DNA of 64,000 bases from Bacilli bacterium (GTDB lineage Bacteria; Bacillota_I; Bacilli_A; RFN20; CAG-826), in contig JAGCZS010000002.1 of NCBI GenBank assembly GCA_017959905.1, positions 7,514 to 71,513 of the forward strand, written 5' to 3'. The notes under the pieces were generated by a model. It did no database searches and was not told the DNA's origin. It saw nothing but the letters and a program-made list of their open reading frames with translations. The translations under genes were made by a program, and so were the position numbers. The stretch's first letter is position 1, and every line of letters begins with the position of its first letter. Shown here piece by piece: positions 48,893 to 58,965 of this stretch.

Positions 48893-50176
48893 TTAGCAAT
48901 TTTTTATTTTCACCATTTTTTTCAAATTATCAGTTATTTTTTGACATTTTTTGTATATCTGATTTACGTTCTCACTTAAATAAAATTTTTTATTATAATA
49001 TAGTATTTTCCCATTTATCATTGTCATCTTTATATCCAATTTGTTGCCACTATAAACTATATTTTTAATTATATCGTTTACTGGCTGCATATCTGGCTGC
49101 TTGATATCAAGCATTATTATATCGGCAAAACTCCCTTCTTCTAAATACAAGGATTTTTGTAAACCTAACATTTTTGCCCCGTTAACCGTAGCCATTTTTA
49201 ATATTTCAAAAGCGCTAATGCTTGCCGGGTCGCGCTCTTTATATTTACTCAAAACGGAAACTAAATACATTTCTCTAAACATATCTAAACCATTATTGCT
49301 TGCTGGTCCATCTGTGCCAATTGCTACATTGACCTTGTTTTTTAACAATTGTTTTACTTCAGCTATTCCGCTAGACAATTTTAAATTAGAACATGGACAG
49401 GTACAAACAAAAACATTTCTTTTACCTAAAATCTCCATGTCTTTTTTGTTTAAAAATACACCATGAAAAATACCGCCTCCATGTTCAAAAATATTTATTT
49501 TTTCAAAAAATTGAACAGGCGTTAATCCATGTCTTTGCAATGAACCTTCAACTTCTTTGGATGTTTCACAACAATGTGTATATAACGGAGTCTTTAATTT
49601 TTTTGCAAAAACTCTGATTTTTTCTAATTGTTTTTTGGATGTCAAATATTCTGAATGAAACCCTAATAAAGCTGTAACATTATCGTTATCATTATTGTAT
49701 AAAAACATTTTTTCTTTTATTCTATTGAATTTTACATTTGGATTTTCAAGCAAAAATAATACAACTGTTCGCATGCCGATATCATTACTAGCTTTTTTTA
49801 TGGCATCTGGAAAATAATACATATCGAAACAAGCGGTTATACCACTTGATATATATTCTAAAAATGCTAATTTACTTAAATAATAAACATCTTCTTCTCG
49901 CAAGTTTTTTTCAGTTGGAAAAACAATTTTTTGTAGCCATTCATCTAAAGGCAAATCATCAGCATAACTACGTAAAAAAGTCATTGCCGAATGTGAATGG
50001 GCATTTTTAAAGCCGGGCATCAAAACATTTTTTTTACAATCAATTATTTTGTCAACAGAGGATACTATTTTTTTTTGTATTTTAACAATTAAATTATTTT
50101 CTATTAAAATATCACCATCAATTATTTTGTCATTTTTTAACGTTAAAATTCGCGCGTTTTTTAATAAAATTTTCAT
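48893..50176 (-). CDS. mtaD: amidohydrolase, MtaD-like 5-methylthioadenosine/S-adenosylhomocysteine deaminase
   Basis: 427 aa. The metal-binding GFKNAHSHSAMTFLRSYADDLPLDEWL is present, with HCCET and GTDG motifs later in the protein. Confidence 0.8.
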   Translation of the reverse strand: MKILLKNARILTLKNDKIIDGDILIENNLIVKIQKKIVSSVDKIIDCKKNVLMPGFKNAHSHSAMTFLRSYADDLPLDEWLQKIVFPTEKNLREEDVYYLSKLAFLEYISSGITACFDMYYFPDAIKKASNDIGMRTVVLFLLENPNVKFNRIKEKMFLYNNDNDNVTALLGFHSEYLTSKKQLEKIRVFAKKLKTPLYTHCCETSKEVEGSLQRHGLTPVQFFEKINIFEHGGGIFHGVFLNKKDMEILGKRNVFVCTCPCSNLKLSSGIAEVKQLLKNKVNVAIGTDGPASNNGLDMFREMYLVSVLSKYKERDPASISAFEILKMATVNGAKMLGLQKSLYLEEGSFADIIMLDIKQPDMQPVNDIIKNIVYSGNKLDIKMTMINGKILYYNKKFYLSENVNQIYKKCQKITDNLKKMVKIKNC

Positions 50177-50850
50177 ATTTTAAAATTTTTAAATTCCCTA
50201 TATATATTTGATATTGAATCAATTTGCTTTTTGATGCTCGCGCCATTAAATAAATAAGATCCAATAACTAGTATATTTACCCCGTTTTTCCAACACTCAA
50301 TACAAGTTTTATTATTTATACCGCCATCAACTTCGATCGACGTTTTTAAATTGTTCTTTTTTATGTATTCGGAGCAAATTTTTATTTTTTTTAGCATTTT
50401 TTTATTAAATGTTTGTCCGCCTTTTCCAGGTTCAACAGTCATAATTAACACGATATCTACCATTTTAATAAAAAAAAATGCGTCTTCAATTTTTGTATTA
50501 GGTTTAAAAGCGATACCGACTTTAACATTCAAAACGTGCAAATCGCTTATAAATTTTGCAATAGACATGTTATTTGAAAAAGATTCATAATGAAAAATAA
50601 TTGTTTTAGCGCCTAAAGCGATAAATTTCTTAGCGTATTTACGCGGATTATTGACCATCAAATGAATGCCATATTTAATTTTTTTACCACTAATTTTTTT
50701 AAAATCACTTATTTTTATTGCTGTATGGCCAATAAAGCCTTTATCCATTACATCAATATGAATGTATTTAACCTTTAAATTAATTAATTCATCAACAATA
50801 AGAGCTATTTTTTTTCTTTCAACAGAAAGCAAACTAGGAGAAATCAACAT
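50173..50850 (-). CDS. rpe: ribulose-phosphate 3-epimerase
   Basis: 225 aa. ISPSLLS, IHIDVMD, MTVEPGKGGQ and EVDGGIN are present. Confidence 0.93.
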   Translation of the reverse strand: MLISPSLLSVERKKIALIVDELINLKVKYIHIDVMDKGFIGHTAIKISDFKKISGKKIKYGIHLMVNNPRKYAKKFIALGAKTIIFHYESFSNNMSIAKFISDLHVLNVKVGIAFKPNTKIEDAFFFIKMVDIVLIMTVEPGKGGQTFNKKMLKKIKICSEYIKKNNLKTSIEVDGGINNKTCIECWKNGVNILVIGSYLFNGASIKKQIDSISNIYREFKNFKI

Positions 50851-51659
50851 TGTGACAAATATTCCTCCAAGTCTTTTTTTATATCTTCAACTTTTTTATA
50901 TCTCTCAAAATAATTCTTATTCATCGCTTTACGCATTATATTGATAATTTCTGTCGGCAATAGTGAATTATTCAGCTCTATTTCTTTATTTATTTGCTCG
51001 ATTGTTACTTCTGCAATATTTTTTTTGCCAAAAAATGGAAATATACTAAAAAATAATTCATAAATAATCATACCTAAAGCATAAATATCACTTGAAAAGC
51101 TCACCATTTCAAAACGCACACTTTCTGGGGCTACATAATAAGCGCTTCCTGATAATTTTAAAGCTGTTTTATTTTTATCGACAATATCTATTGACATATC
51201 AAAATCATTTATCTTAATTGTTTTATCTGGCAAATAATAGATATTATCTGGTTTAAGATCTCTATGAATAATGCTATTTTTATGAATAAAATTTAATGAT
51301 TCGCAAATTTTTATTATAATATTGCATTTTTCTAAAAATTTTTTTTTGTCATCTTTTTGATTATTTTCAATAAACTGTCTTAATGTAATACCGTTAATAT
51401 ATTCCAAAACAATATAAAAAGTATTTTCATAAATACCCAACTCATATATTTTTATAACAAAATCACTATTTAACTTAAACGCTATTTTAGCGCTACTAAC
51501 AATATAATCTAAATTTTTTTCGTCATCTAAAAATTTGATAACTACTCGTCTTTTGAATATAATATCTAAAGCATCGTAAATACTTGTCATGCTTCCGTGC
51601 GTAATAAAATTAATTATTCGATAACGGCCATTAATTACTTTATTAATTTTATTAATCAT
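50844..51659 (-). CDS. prkC: Ser/Thr protein kinase, kinase domain only (PrkC-like without TM/PASTA)
   Basis: 271 aa. It has the VAIK-like RVVIKF, the catalytic loop HRDLKPDN, a DFD in place of DFG, and APE. Confidence 0.9.
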   Translation of the reverse strand: MINKINKVINGRYRIINFITHGSMTSIYDALDIIFKRRVVIKFLDDEKNLDYIVSSAKIAFKLNSDFVIKIYELGIYENTFYIVLEYINGITLRQFIENNQKDDKKKFLEKCNIIIKICESLNFIHKNSIIHRDLKPDNIYYLPDKTIKINDFDMSIDIVDKNKTALKLSGSAYYVAPESVRFEMVSFSSDIYALGMIIYELFFSIFPFFGKKNIAEVTIEQINKEIELNNSLLPTEIINIMRKAMNKNYFERYKKVEDIKKDLEEYLSQC

Positions 51660-51674
51660 ATTCTAATTTTATAT

Positions 51675-52421
51675 TTATCCTCGAAAACAATAAGCCACTG
51701 ATATATTGTCAATACCGCCGTTTTTATTGGCGCTATTTATTAAATCCCTCGTAATAAAAGCAGCGCTGCTTTTTTTACTTAAAATATTAATAATTTCTGA
51801 TTCCTCAATTGTTTTTGTTAAACCATCGCTGCATAATAAAAGCTGAAATTTATCTGCTTTTATAACATTACAATACGGATCAATATATGAATACACGCCA
51901 ATAGCATTTAAAATCACATTTTTATACTTTTCTTTTTCAGAATCGCTTTTATTTTTTAAAACATTTGAAGCAGATAAAAAATCATGATCTTTGCTCAATA
52001 AACACAATGTATTAGTGTGACTATCAAATAAATACGCTCGCGAATCGCCAACATTAATAATAATTATTTTATTTTTTCGAATTAATGCCACAACCACTGT
52101 TGTCCCCATACCATAATAAATTTTAGATTTTTTTGACAACTGAAAAATAATTTTATTAACCTTTTTTATTTGCGATGTTAACCATCGTTTTGCAAAAAAA
52201 TTATTAAAAAAACTATTTTTTTTTTGAAAAACGCTTGAAAAATAATCAATAACCATTTTACTCGCGTAATCGCTTCTATTTTGCCCACCAATGCCGTCTG
52301 CGACAACCATCAAAATATCACCGCTTTTATTCCTTATAATACAAGCAGCATCTTCGTTGGATAATTTAACATTTCCTTTTTCAGATAAGCAAGCATAATC
52401 GACATTACTATATTTAAACAT
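51675..52421 (-). CDS. prpC: PP2C-family Ser/Thr phosphatase
   Basis: 248 aa. SEKGNVKLSNEDA, VADGIGG, LLCSDGL and GGIDNISV are present. It is paired with the kinase, as with prpC-prkC. Confidence 0.9.
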   Translation of the reverse strand: MFKYSNVDYACLSEKGNVKLSNEDAACIIRNKSGDILMVVADGIGGQNRSDYASKMVIDYFSSVFQKKNSFFNNFFAKRWLTSQIKKVNKIIFQLSKKSKIYYGMGTTVVVALIRKNKIIIINVGDSRAYLFDSHTNTLCLLSKDHDFLSASNVLKNKSDSEKEKYKNVILNAIGVYSYIDPYCNVIKADKFQLLLCSDGLTKTIEESEIINILSKKSSAAFITRDLINSANKNGGIDNISVAYCFRG

Positions 52422-52480
52422 AATTAGTATTAATTATAATATTTTTAGCCAAAACAAAAACTAAATGCATAAATTAAAAA

Positions 52481-54688
52481 CTAAAAATCAACACTGTCAA
52501 CATCTACTGATAAAAAAACTGACATATTTTTATTAAAAGAATCGACTATATTTTTTTTAATGTACTCTTTAACACTATTATCTTTTTTATACTTAATTAT
52601 TATTTTTCGTAAGTATTTTTTATTTTCTAAAGGAATATGTGGTATTACTGGCTGTAAAATAGTTGTATCTTTAAAATTTTTTTCTACTAATTCATTGAAA
52701 ATTTGTTTACTAACGTTACAAACAGCATTTTCGTTTTTCCCTCTTATGGTCATTACAATAATGTAAACATATGGCGGAAATTGATTGATTTTCCGAACAT
52801 GCATTTCTTCTTTGAAGAAAGCATTATAATTCTGCTTGCATGCTTGTTTAATAACATAATATTCTGGCGAAAAAGTTTGTATTACAGCTTCTCCGATCTT
52901 GTTTGACCTCCCGCTCCTACCGATTGTTTGTGTTATAAGCGAAAAAATATTTTCATTTTTTTTAAAACTAGGCAATGAAAAACCAATATCAGCTAAAATA
53001 ATCGCGGCCAATGTTACATTCGGAAAATCATAACTTTTGGCTATCATTTGTGTACCTAGCAAAATATCTATTTTTTTGTCATAAAAATCACGAATAATTT
53101 TATTAGCGATACGTGATTTTGCATTGTTATTAATGTCGCTATCTAATCTGGCTATTGAAGAATTTGGAAATTTTGCTTTTAAACTTTCTTCTATTTTTTC
53201 TATTCCGATGCCCAGTTTAACAAAATCTTTTGAACTGCAGTTATCACAAAACGTCGGTATAGATACATAAGAACCACAATTATGACATTTTAAAATGTTT
53301 TCAGATTTATGAAAAGCTAACAATACACCACACTTTAAACATTTTAAAAATTTATGACACTCATTACAAACAACGGATGTTGAAAAACCTCTTCTATTCA
53401 TTAAGAGAATAATTTGTTCTTTATTTAAAATTTTTTCTTTAATTTTTGTATAAAGAAAATCCGAAATTATAGATAATTCTTGCTGTTTTTGAATTTCTAC
53501 TATATATGTTTTTGGCAACGGCAGAGAATTAACACGTTTTGATAATTTTACATAATTAAAAATTCCTTTTTCTGCCTTAATCCTCGTTTCTAATAATGGT
53601 GTTGCGCTACCAAATATAACCAAAGCATTATTGTTTTTTTTTGAGCGCATTAATGCTATTTTATGAGCGTCGTAAAATGGCGTTTTGTTATTTTTATAAG
53701 AATCACTATGCTCTTCGTCTAAAATTATTAATCCAATATTTGATAATGGGGCAAAAATAGCACTTCTTGTTCCGATAACTATTTTAATATTGCCGCTAGC
53801 AATATAACGATATTCATCATATTTTTCAGCAGGTGTTAATCCACTATGGAAAATTGCGATTTCATTAAAATCTCTTTTAAAATAGCGAACCATCGGCTCT
53901 ACTAAAAAAATTTCCGGAACCAAAACAAGGACGCTTTTTCCAGACGAAATAACTTTTTTACTAATTGATAAATAAATTTCTGTTTTTCCAGAGCCAGTGA
54001 CGCCTTCTAATAAGGTAACATTATTACTACTACTCAAAATATTATTTATTGCCTGGTTTTGCTCTTCGGTTAATTCTTTTTTTTTGTTTTCAAAATTAAA
54101 ATCAATTATTTGTTTTATTCTTTTTTTTTCAACACTTATTTCTTTTATTAAATCTAATTGCAATAACTTTTTAATTACTGAATTTTGTTTTACTTTATTT
54201 TTTTGAATTTTTTCACTTTTATTAATCAAATCAAGAACAAATAATTGTTTTGGAGTTAATTTAAAAAGGGATTGATTAACGTTTTTGTTAATAATTAGGT
54301 ATTTTTCATAACTTATTTTTGGCGCTCTTAAACTTGCTGAATTTGGGCGCAAACTTGCCGGCAGCATTGTTTGTAAAACGCTTATTGTTGGACAAAGATA
54401 ATAATCGGCTATTTCCTTTGATAAATCGAACAACTCTTTGTTTAAAATTGGTACGTCATCTAAAACATCTATAATCGGCAAAACATTAAATCCAGTTTTT
54501 TTTTCATACGTTTTAATATTACCTTCGTAGTTTTTCAAACCAATTACATAACCGATAACAGAACGTTTTTGAAACGGGACAACAACTCTAATGCCTATTT
54601 TTATAACACGATTTAAGTTATAAATATAAGTAAAAGGGCGGTTCAAATGGTTTGCTTTTATTTCGATCAAAACATTTACTAAAAACAC
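52481..54688 (-). CDS. priA: primosomal replication restart helicase PriA (GTG start)
   Basis: 735 aa. It has Walker A GVTGSGKTEIY, DEEH, and the Cys-rich zinc module CNECHKFLKCLKCG...CHNCG. Confidence 0.95.
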   Translation of the reverse strand: MFLVNVLIEIKANHLNRPFTYIYNLNRVIKIGIRVVVPFQKRSVIGYVIGLKNYEGNIKTYEKKTGFNVLPIIDVLDDVPILNKELFDLSKEIADYYLCPTISVLQTMLPASLRPNSASLRAPKISYEKYLIINKNVNQSLFKLTPKQLFVLDLINKSEKIQKNKVKQNSVIKKLLQLDLIKEISVEKKRIKQIIDFNFENKKKELTEEQNQAINNILSSSNNVTLLEGVTGSGKTEIYLSISKKVISSGKSVLVLVPEIFLVEPMVRYFKRDFNEIAIFHSGLTPAEKYDEYRYIASGNIKIVIGTRSAIFAPLSNIGLIILDEEHSDSYKNNKTPFYDAHKIALMRSKKNNNALVIFGSATPLLETRIKAEKGIFNYVKLSKRVNSLPLPKTYIVEIQKQQELSIISDFLYTKIKEKILNKEQIILLMNRRGFSTSVVCNECHKFLKCLKCGVLLAFHKSENILKCHNCGSYVSIPTFCDNCSSKDFVKLGIGIEKIEESLKAKFPNSSIARLDSDINNNAKSRIANKIIRDFYDKKIDILLGTQMIAKSYDFPNVTLAAIILADIGFSLPSFKKNENIFSLITQTIGRSGRSNKIGEAVIQTFSPEYYVIKQACKQNYNAFFKEEMHVRKINQFPPYVYIIVMTIRGKNENAVCNVSKQIFNELVEKNFKDTTILQPVIPHIPLENKKYLRKIIIKYKKDNSVKEYIKKNIVDSFNKNMSVFLSVDVDSVDF

Positions 54689-54695
54689 TGTTTTT

Positions 54696-55280
54696 TTAAT
54701 TTCTACTTGCTATATATTCCTGAATTATGTGTGCTATTTTATTAACAGAATCATCTAAATTATTATTGACAATAATATAATTGAAATTATTTTTATATTT
54801 TATTTCTTCTTTGGCTCTAAATAAACGATTTTTAACCGTTTTTTCGTCTTCGGATGAACGTTTTCTTATACGACTTTTTAATTCATCCAAATTTGGCGTC
54901 ATTATAAAAAAAGATAGAATATCAATTCCATCGCTTTTTTTCATTACTTGTTTAAAACCCTCTATTTCTATCTCTAATAAAACGTTTTTTTCTTTACTTA
55001 AAAGATCATCAACAACTCTTTTACTGGTACCATAATAATTACCAACAAATTCAGCGTATTCTAAAAACTCATTATTTCTAATTGCATTTTCAAAAGATTT
55101 CCTATCAACAAAATAGTAGTCAACGCCAGGAATTTCATTTTTTCGTATTTTACGTGTTGTATAAGAAACCGAAAAACCTAAATTTAACTCTTTAATATTA
55201 ATTAATTTTTTTCTTATAGTGCCTTTTCCAACGCCACTAGGGCCTGAAATAATAACAACAAAATTATTCTTTTTACTCAT
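54696..55280 (-). CDS. gmk: guanylate kinase
   Basis: 194 aa. GPSGVGKGT and SYTTRKIRKNEIPGVDYYFV are present. Confidence 0.97.
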   Translation of the reverse strand: MSKKNNFVVIISGPSGVGKGTIRKKLINIKELNLGFSVSYTTRKIRKNEIPGVDYYFVDRKSFENAIRNNEFLEYAEFVGNYYGTSKRVVDDLLSKEKNVLLEIEIEGFKQVMKKSDGIDILSFFIMTPNLDELKSRIRKRSSEDEKTVKNRLFRAKEEIKYKNNFNYIIVNNNLDDSVNKIAHIIQEYIASRN

Positions 55281-55379
55281 AAATTTCTAAAAATTTTTTT
55301 GATTTTTATAATTATAATATAGATTAAGTTTTTATAAAAATTTTGCTTTATATTTGCAATCGTTACCTAAAACAAAATA

Positions 55380-56024
55380 ATGAAAATTGAACTTATTAAT
55401 TTAAATAAAATTTTTAATGACAAAGTAATATTTGAAAATGTTAATTTAAAAATTGAAAAAAATGGCTTTTATATATTAAAAGGAGGAAACGGCTCAGGTA
55501 AAACTACTTTATTTAGAATAATAACTGGTTTAGAAAAATCAACAAGTGGAATATTAAAAATAAACAACGAAATAGTTAATGATCTTCCAACACAAAAAAG
55601 AAAAATAACTTTTGTTACCCAAAATCGTTTTTTATACACCAACTTAAATGTTTACGAGAATTTAGCTTTTGCTTTAAAAATTTGCAAATATAGCGATAAA
55701 CAAATAAAAGAAAAAATTGATAAAATAGTAAAATTATTTGAAATAAATGGCTTATTAAACAAAAATCCTTCTCAATTGTCAACTGGTGAGAAACAAAAAA
55801 TTATAATAAGCAAAGCTCTTTTGAAAGATAATAATATTATTTTACTTGATGAGCCATTTAACAATTTAGATATTGAAAGCAAAACAAAATTACAAAAAGT
55901 TTTAATCGATTTAATGAGTAAAAAAATAGTAATTTTGGTAACGCACGAATCAGAAGAAAAATTTAAAAACATTGATAGTAAAAAATTGATAATTAAAAAT
56001 AAAAAAATATTGGAAATTGATTAA
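55380..56024 (+). CDS. stand-alone ABC transporter ATP-binding protein
   Basis: 214 aa. It has Walker A GGNGSGKTT, signature LSTGEKQK and Walker B ILLDEP. No permease is adjacent. Confidence 0.85.
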   Translation: MKIELINLNKIFNDKVIFENVNLKIEKNGFYILKGGNGSGKTTLFRIITGLEKSTSGILKINNEIVNDLPTQKRKITFVTQNRFLYTNLNVYENLAFALKICKYSDKQIKEKIDKIVKLFEINGLLNKNPSQLSTGEKQKIIISKALLKDNNIILLDEPFNNLDIESKTKLQKVLIDLMSKKIVILVTHESEEKFKNIDSKKLIIKNKKILEID

Positions 56025-56025
56025 C

Positions 56026-57222
56026 ATGAATATTTATGAAGAATTAGGGAAGCGAAAGTTAATAGCTCAATGTATAAATGACGACGAAACCAAAAACTTA
56101 ATAAATTCCGGAAAAGCTGTTTTTTATATTGGTTTTGATCCGACAGCAGATTCATTACACGTTGGTCATCTTATTTCTTTAATAATGACAATACATTTAC
56201 AAAAAAATAATAATAAGGCCATTATCTTATTAGGCGGCGGAACAGGTTACATTGGCGATCCAAGCAATAAAAACTCAATGCGTCGTATTATGCGACAAGA
56301 AGAAATTGATAACAATTGTAATAAAATAAAAAAACAAATACAGCGCATTATCGGAAATAAAGTTATTTTTGTAAACAATAAAAAATGGATTTTACCACTT
56401 AATATTATTAATTTTTTAAGAGATGTTGGACCATATTTTTTAATTAATGATATGTTACGAGCAAAATGTTACCAACAGCGTTTAAAAACCGGCTTAACAT
56501 TTTTGGAATTTAATTATTTAATCCTACAATCCTACGATTTTTATGTTTTATCAACTAAATATGGATGTAATTTGCAAATAGGTGGGGACGACCAATGGAG
56601 TAATATGATTGGCGGGATTGATTTAATATACAAAAAAACTAATAAAAAAAATGGCGTTATAACAACCCAACTTCTTACTGATAAAAATGGGAAAAAAATG
56701 GGAAAAACGGAAAACGGAGCGATTTGGTTAGATCCTAAAAAAACTTCGCCATTTGATTTTTATCAATATTGGCGAAATATAGACGACAAAATAACAGTTA
56801 AATATTTAAAAATGTTGACTTTTATCCCTTTAAATGAAATTAAAAAATATCAAAAAAAAGAAAATATAAACAAACTTAAAATGATTTTAGCCTACGAATT
56901 AACAAAATTAGTACACGGCCAAAAGATAGCCAAAAAAATTGAAAAAACAGCTATAAATATTTTTCGAAAAAGAGATTTTTCATACGCGCCGGAAAAAATA
57001 ATCGATGTTAATTCAGATATAACGTTAAAAAAGATTTTGGTTTTATTAAATCTGTGTCCAAACGAGAAAGGCGGAGAATTTTTAATAAAACAAAACTGCA
57101 TTTTTATAAACAATACATTAATAAGCGATATTAATCACGTTATTACCTTTAAAGAACTTTGTGCTGGAATTTTATTTAAAAAAGGCAAAAAAAGTTTTTT
57201 AAAATTAAAAGCCAAAATATGA
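56026..57222 (+). CDS. tyrS: tyrosine--tRNA ligase
   Basis: It has the HIGH-type DPTADSLHVGHL, the KMSKS-type KKMGKT and a C-terminal S4-like domain. I prefer the ATG at 56026 (MNIYEELGKR) over the track's TTG at 56017. Confidence 0.95.
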   Translation: MNIYEELGKRKLIAQCINDDETKNLINSGKAVFYIGFDPTADSLHVGHLISLIMTIHLQKNNNKAIILLGGGTGYIGDPSNKNSMRRIMRQEEIDNNCNKIKKQIQRIIGNKVIFVNNKKWILPLNIINFLRDVGPYFLINDMLRAKCYQQRLKTGLTFLEFNYLILQSYDFYVLSTKYGCNLQIGGDDQWSNMIGGIDLIYKKTNKKNGVITTQLLTDKNGKKMGKTENGAIWLDPKKTSPFDFYQYWRNIDDKITVKYLKMLTFIPLNEIKKYQKKENINKLKMILAYELTKLVHGQKIAKKIEKTAINIFRKRDFSYAPEKIIDVNSDITLKKILVLLNLCPNEKGGEFLIKQNCIFINNTLISDINHVITFKELCAGILFKKGKKSFLKLKAKI

Positions 57223-58169
57223 AAGAAATAAAAATTTCTAGTCAAGAAAGTGGGCAAACAATTTTAAAATATATAAAAAAATTTCTTAACAATGCATCTT
57301 TAAATTTCATTGAAAAAATATTTCGCAAAAAGAAAATATTGGTTAACGACAAAAAAATAAAAAAAACATATGTCATTCAGGAAAATGATATTTTAAAAAT
57401 ATTTGTTAGCGAACAACAATTACAAAAGATTCATAAAACTTTCGCCTTAAAAAATGCCAATAATCAATTAAATATAATTTACGAAGATAACAACATAATA
57501 ATAATTAACAAACCTAAAAAAATATTAAGTCACGATAACGTCACAAACGATAATATATCGTTAATTGATCAAGCAATCTATTATGTTTTAAATAAAAAAG
57601 AAAACAACAATCTAAATTTATTTAAACCTGTTTTATGTCACCGTTTAGATTACAATACATCCGGCATAATTATATTTGCTAAAAATATTAAAACATCCCA
57701 AATAATGAAAGATATTTTTAAAAATAGAAAAATAGAAAAATATTATTTAGTGTTAGTTTTTGGTGCATTAAATAACAAAAACGGTTTAATTAATAAACCG
57801 CTTAAAAAACTAAATAATACCGTAAAAATTGATTTTAAAAACGGTAAACAAGCAATAACAAAATTCCAAATTTTAAAAAAATTTAAAAATTTTACATTTA
57901 TAAAGGTAATTTTAGTTACTGGAAGAACTCATCAAATAAGAGTGCACCTATCATCGATAGGTTTTCCTGTTGTTGGTGATTCAAAATATGGTGACTTTAA
58001 AAAAAATCATTTATTTAATAAAAAATTTAATTATAATTCACAATTTTTACATGCATATAAAATTAAATTTAAAAAAATCCAAGATCCTTTTTTAAATTAT
58101 TTATCCAACAAAACATACACTGCTGACATTGGAGACAAAGAAAAGGCTATTTTGAATTTGCTAGAATAA
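57219..58169 (+). CDS. RluA/RluD-family 23S rRNA pseudouridine synthase
   Basis: 316 aa. It has an N-terminal S4-like domain and the catalytic HRLDYNTSGIIIFAK, then GRTHQIRVH. Confidence 0.9.
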   Translation: MKEIKISSQESGQTILKYIKKFLNNASLNFIEKIFRKKKILVNDKKIKKTYVIQENDILKIFVSEQQLQKIHKTFALKNANNQLNIIYEDNNIIIINKPKKILSHDNVTNDNISLIDQAIYYVLNKKENNNLNLFKPVLCHRLDYNTSGIIIFAKNIKTSQIMKDIFKNRKIEKYYLVLVFGALNNKNGLINKPLKKLNNTVKIDFKNGKQAITKFQILKKFKNFTFIKVILVTGRTHQIRVHLSSIGFPVVGDSKYGDFKKNHLFNKKFNYNSQFLHAYKIKFKKIQDPFLNYLSNKTYTADIGDKEKAILNLLE

Positions 58170-58965
58170 TATTTAACTCTTTTTCGACGCCTAAATTATC
58201 ATTGTCAAATTTGGTTGTTAAGTGACTATGCTTTTTTATATAATCGCTTGAATTTTTCATTGCATAGGCATATTTCAAATTTTTCAAAAATTCAATATCG
58301 TTAAGATCGTTTCCAAAAGCTAATATATTTTCTTCATTAATATTTAACTTTTTCGCGATATTCATTATTGCTTTATACTTATTACAAACAGTATCATAAA
58401 TTTCTACAAAACCATCGTATTTTCCTACCCAAAAACAAATTTTATTTTGTTTAAAATGTTTTAATAATTCTTCTATTTTTTTCTTATCATTTACTTTATC
58501 TTCTAATTCAATGACAAAATTCATAACATCATTTTTCAAAATTTCATCTACCGGACAAAATAAATTTTTCATATTTGATTTCCAAAAACGCGGAGTATCG
58601 CGATCGTTAACTGCATAAATGCAATCTTCTGTTGAAAAAAAAATATTTTTCAATTTTATTTTTTTTTCTAACGTTTTTAAAATTTGAATAATATTTTTTT
58701 TATTAAAGAAAAATTTAATATCATCTTTCCTATTAGCAAATCTAGTATGTAGTCCATTAAAAGCTATCGCTGGCGTTTTTAAACCGATCATTTTATAAAA
58801 AAATAAAATATTATTTGTCGGCCTGCCACTTGCTAACACAATAATATGCCCTTCTTGATTTAATTTTTTAAAATAGTTAACCGTTGACACTGGTATTTCT
58901 TTATTATTATTCAATAACGTACCGTCCAAATCACAAACAATTAAATATTTTTTATTTTTTTCCAT
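58147..58965 (-). CDS. Cof-type HAD-IIB phosphatase
   Basis: 272 aa. It has the DxD motif LIVCDLDGTLL, SGRP and GNDLNDIEFL. Confidence 0.85.
   Translation of the reverse strand: MEKNKKYLIVCDLDGTLLNNNKEIPVSTVNYFKKLNQEGHIIVLASGRPTNNILFFYKMIGLKTPAIAFNGLHTRFANRKDDIKFFFNKKNIIQILKTLEKKIKLKNIFFSTEDCIYAVNDRDTPRFWKSNMKNLFCPVDEILKNDVMNFVIELEDKVNDKKKIEELLKHFKQNKICFWVGKYDGFVEIYDTVCNKYKAIMNIAKKLNINEENILAFGNDLNDIEFLKNLKYAYAMKNSSDYIKKHSHLTTKFDNDNLGVEKELNIILANSK

Noticed and set aside
49101-49617. 121-aa and 74-aa plus-strand ORFs
   Set aside because: They are antisense to the well-supported amidohydrolase (mtaD-like) gene and have no RBS or recognisable motif.
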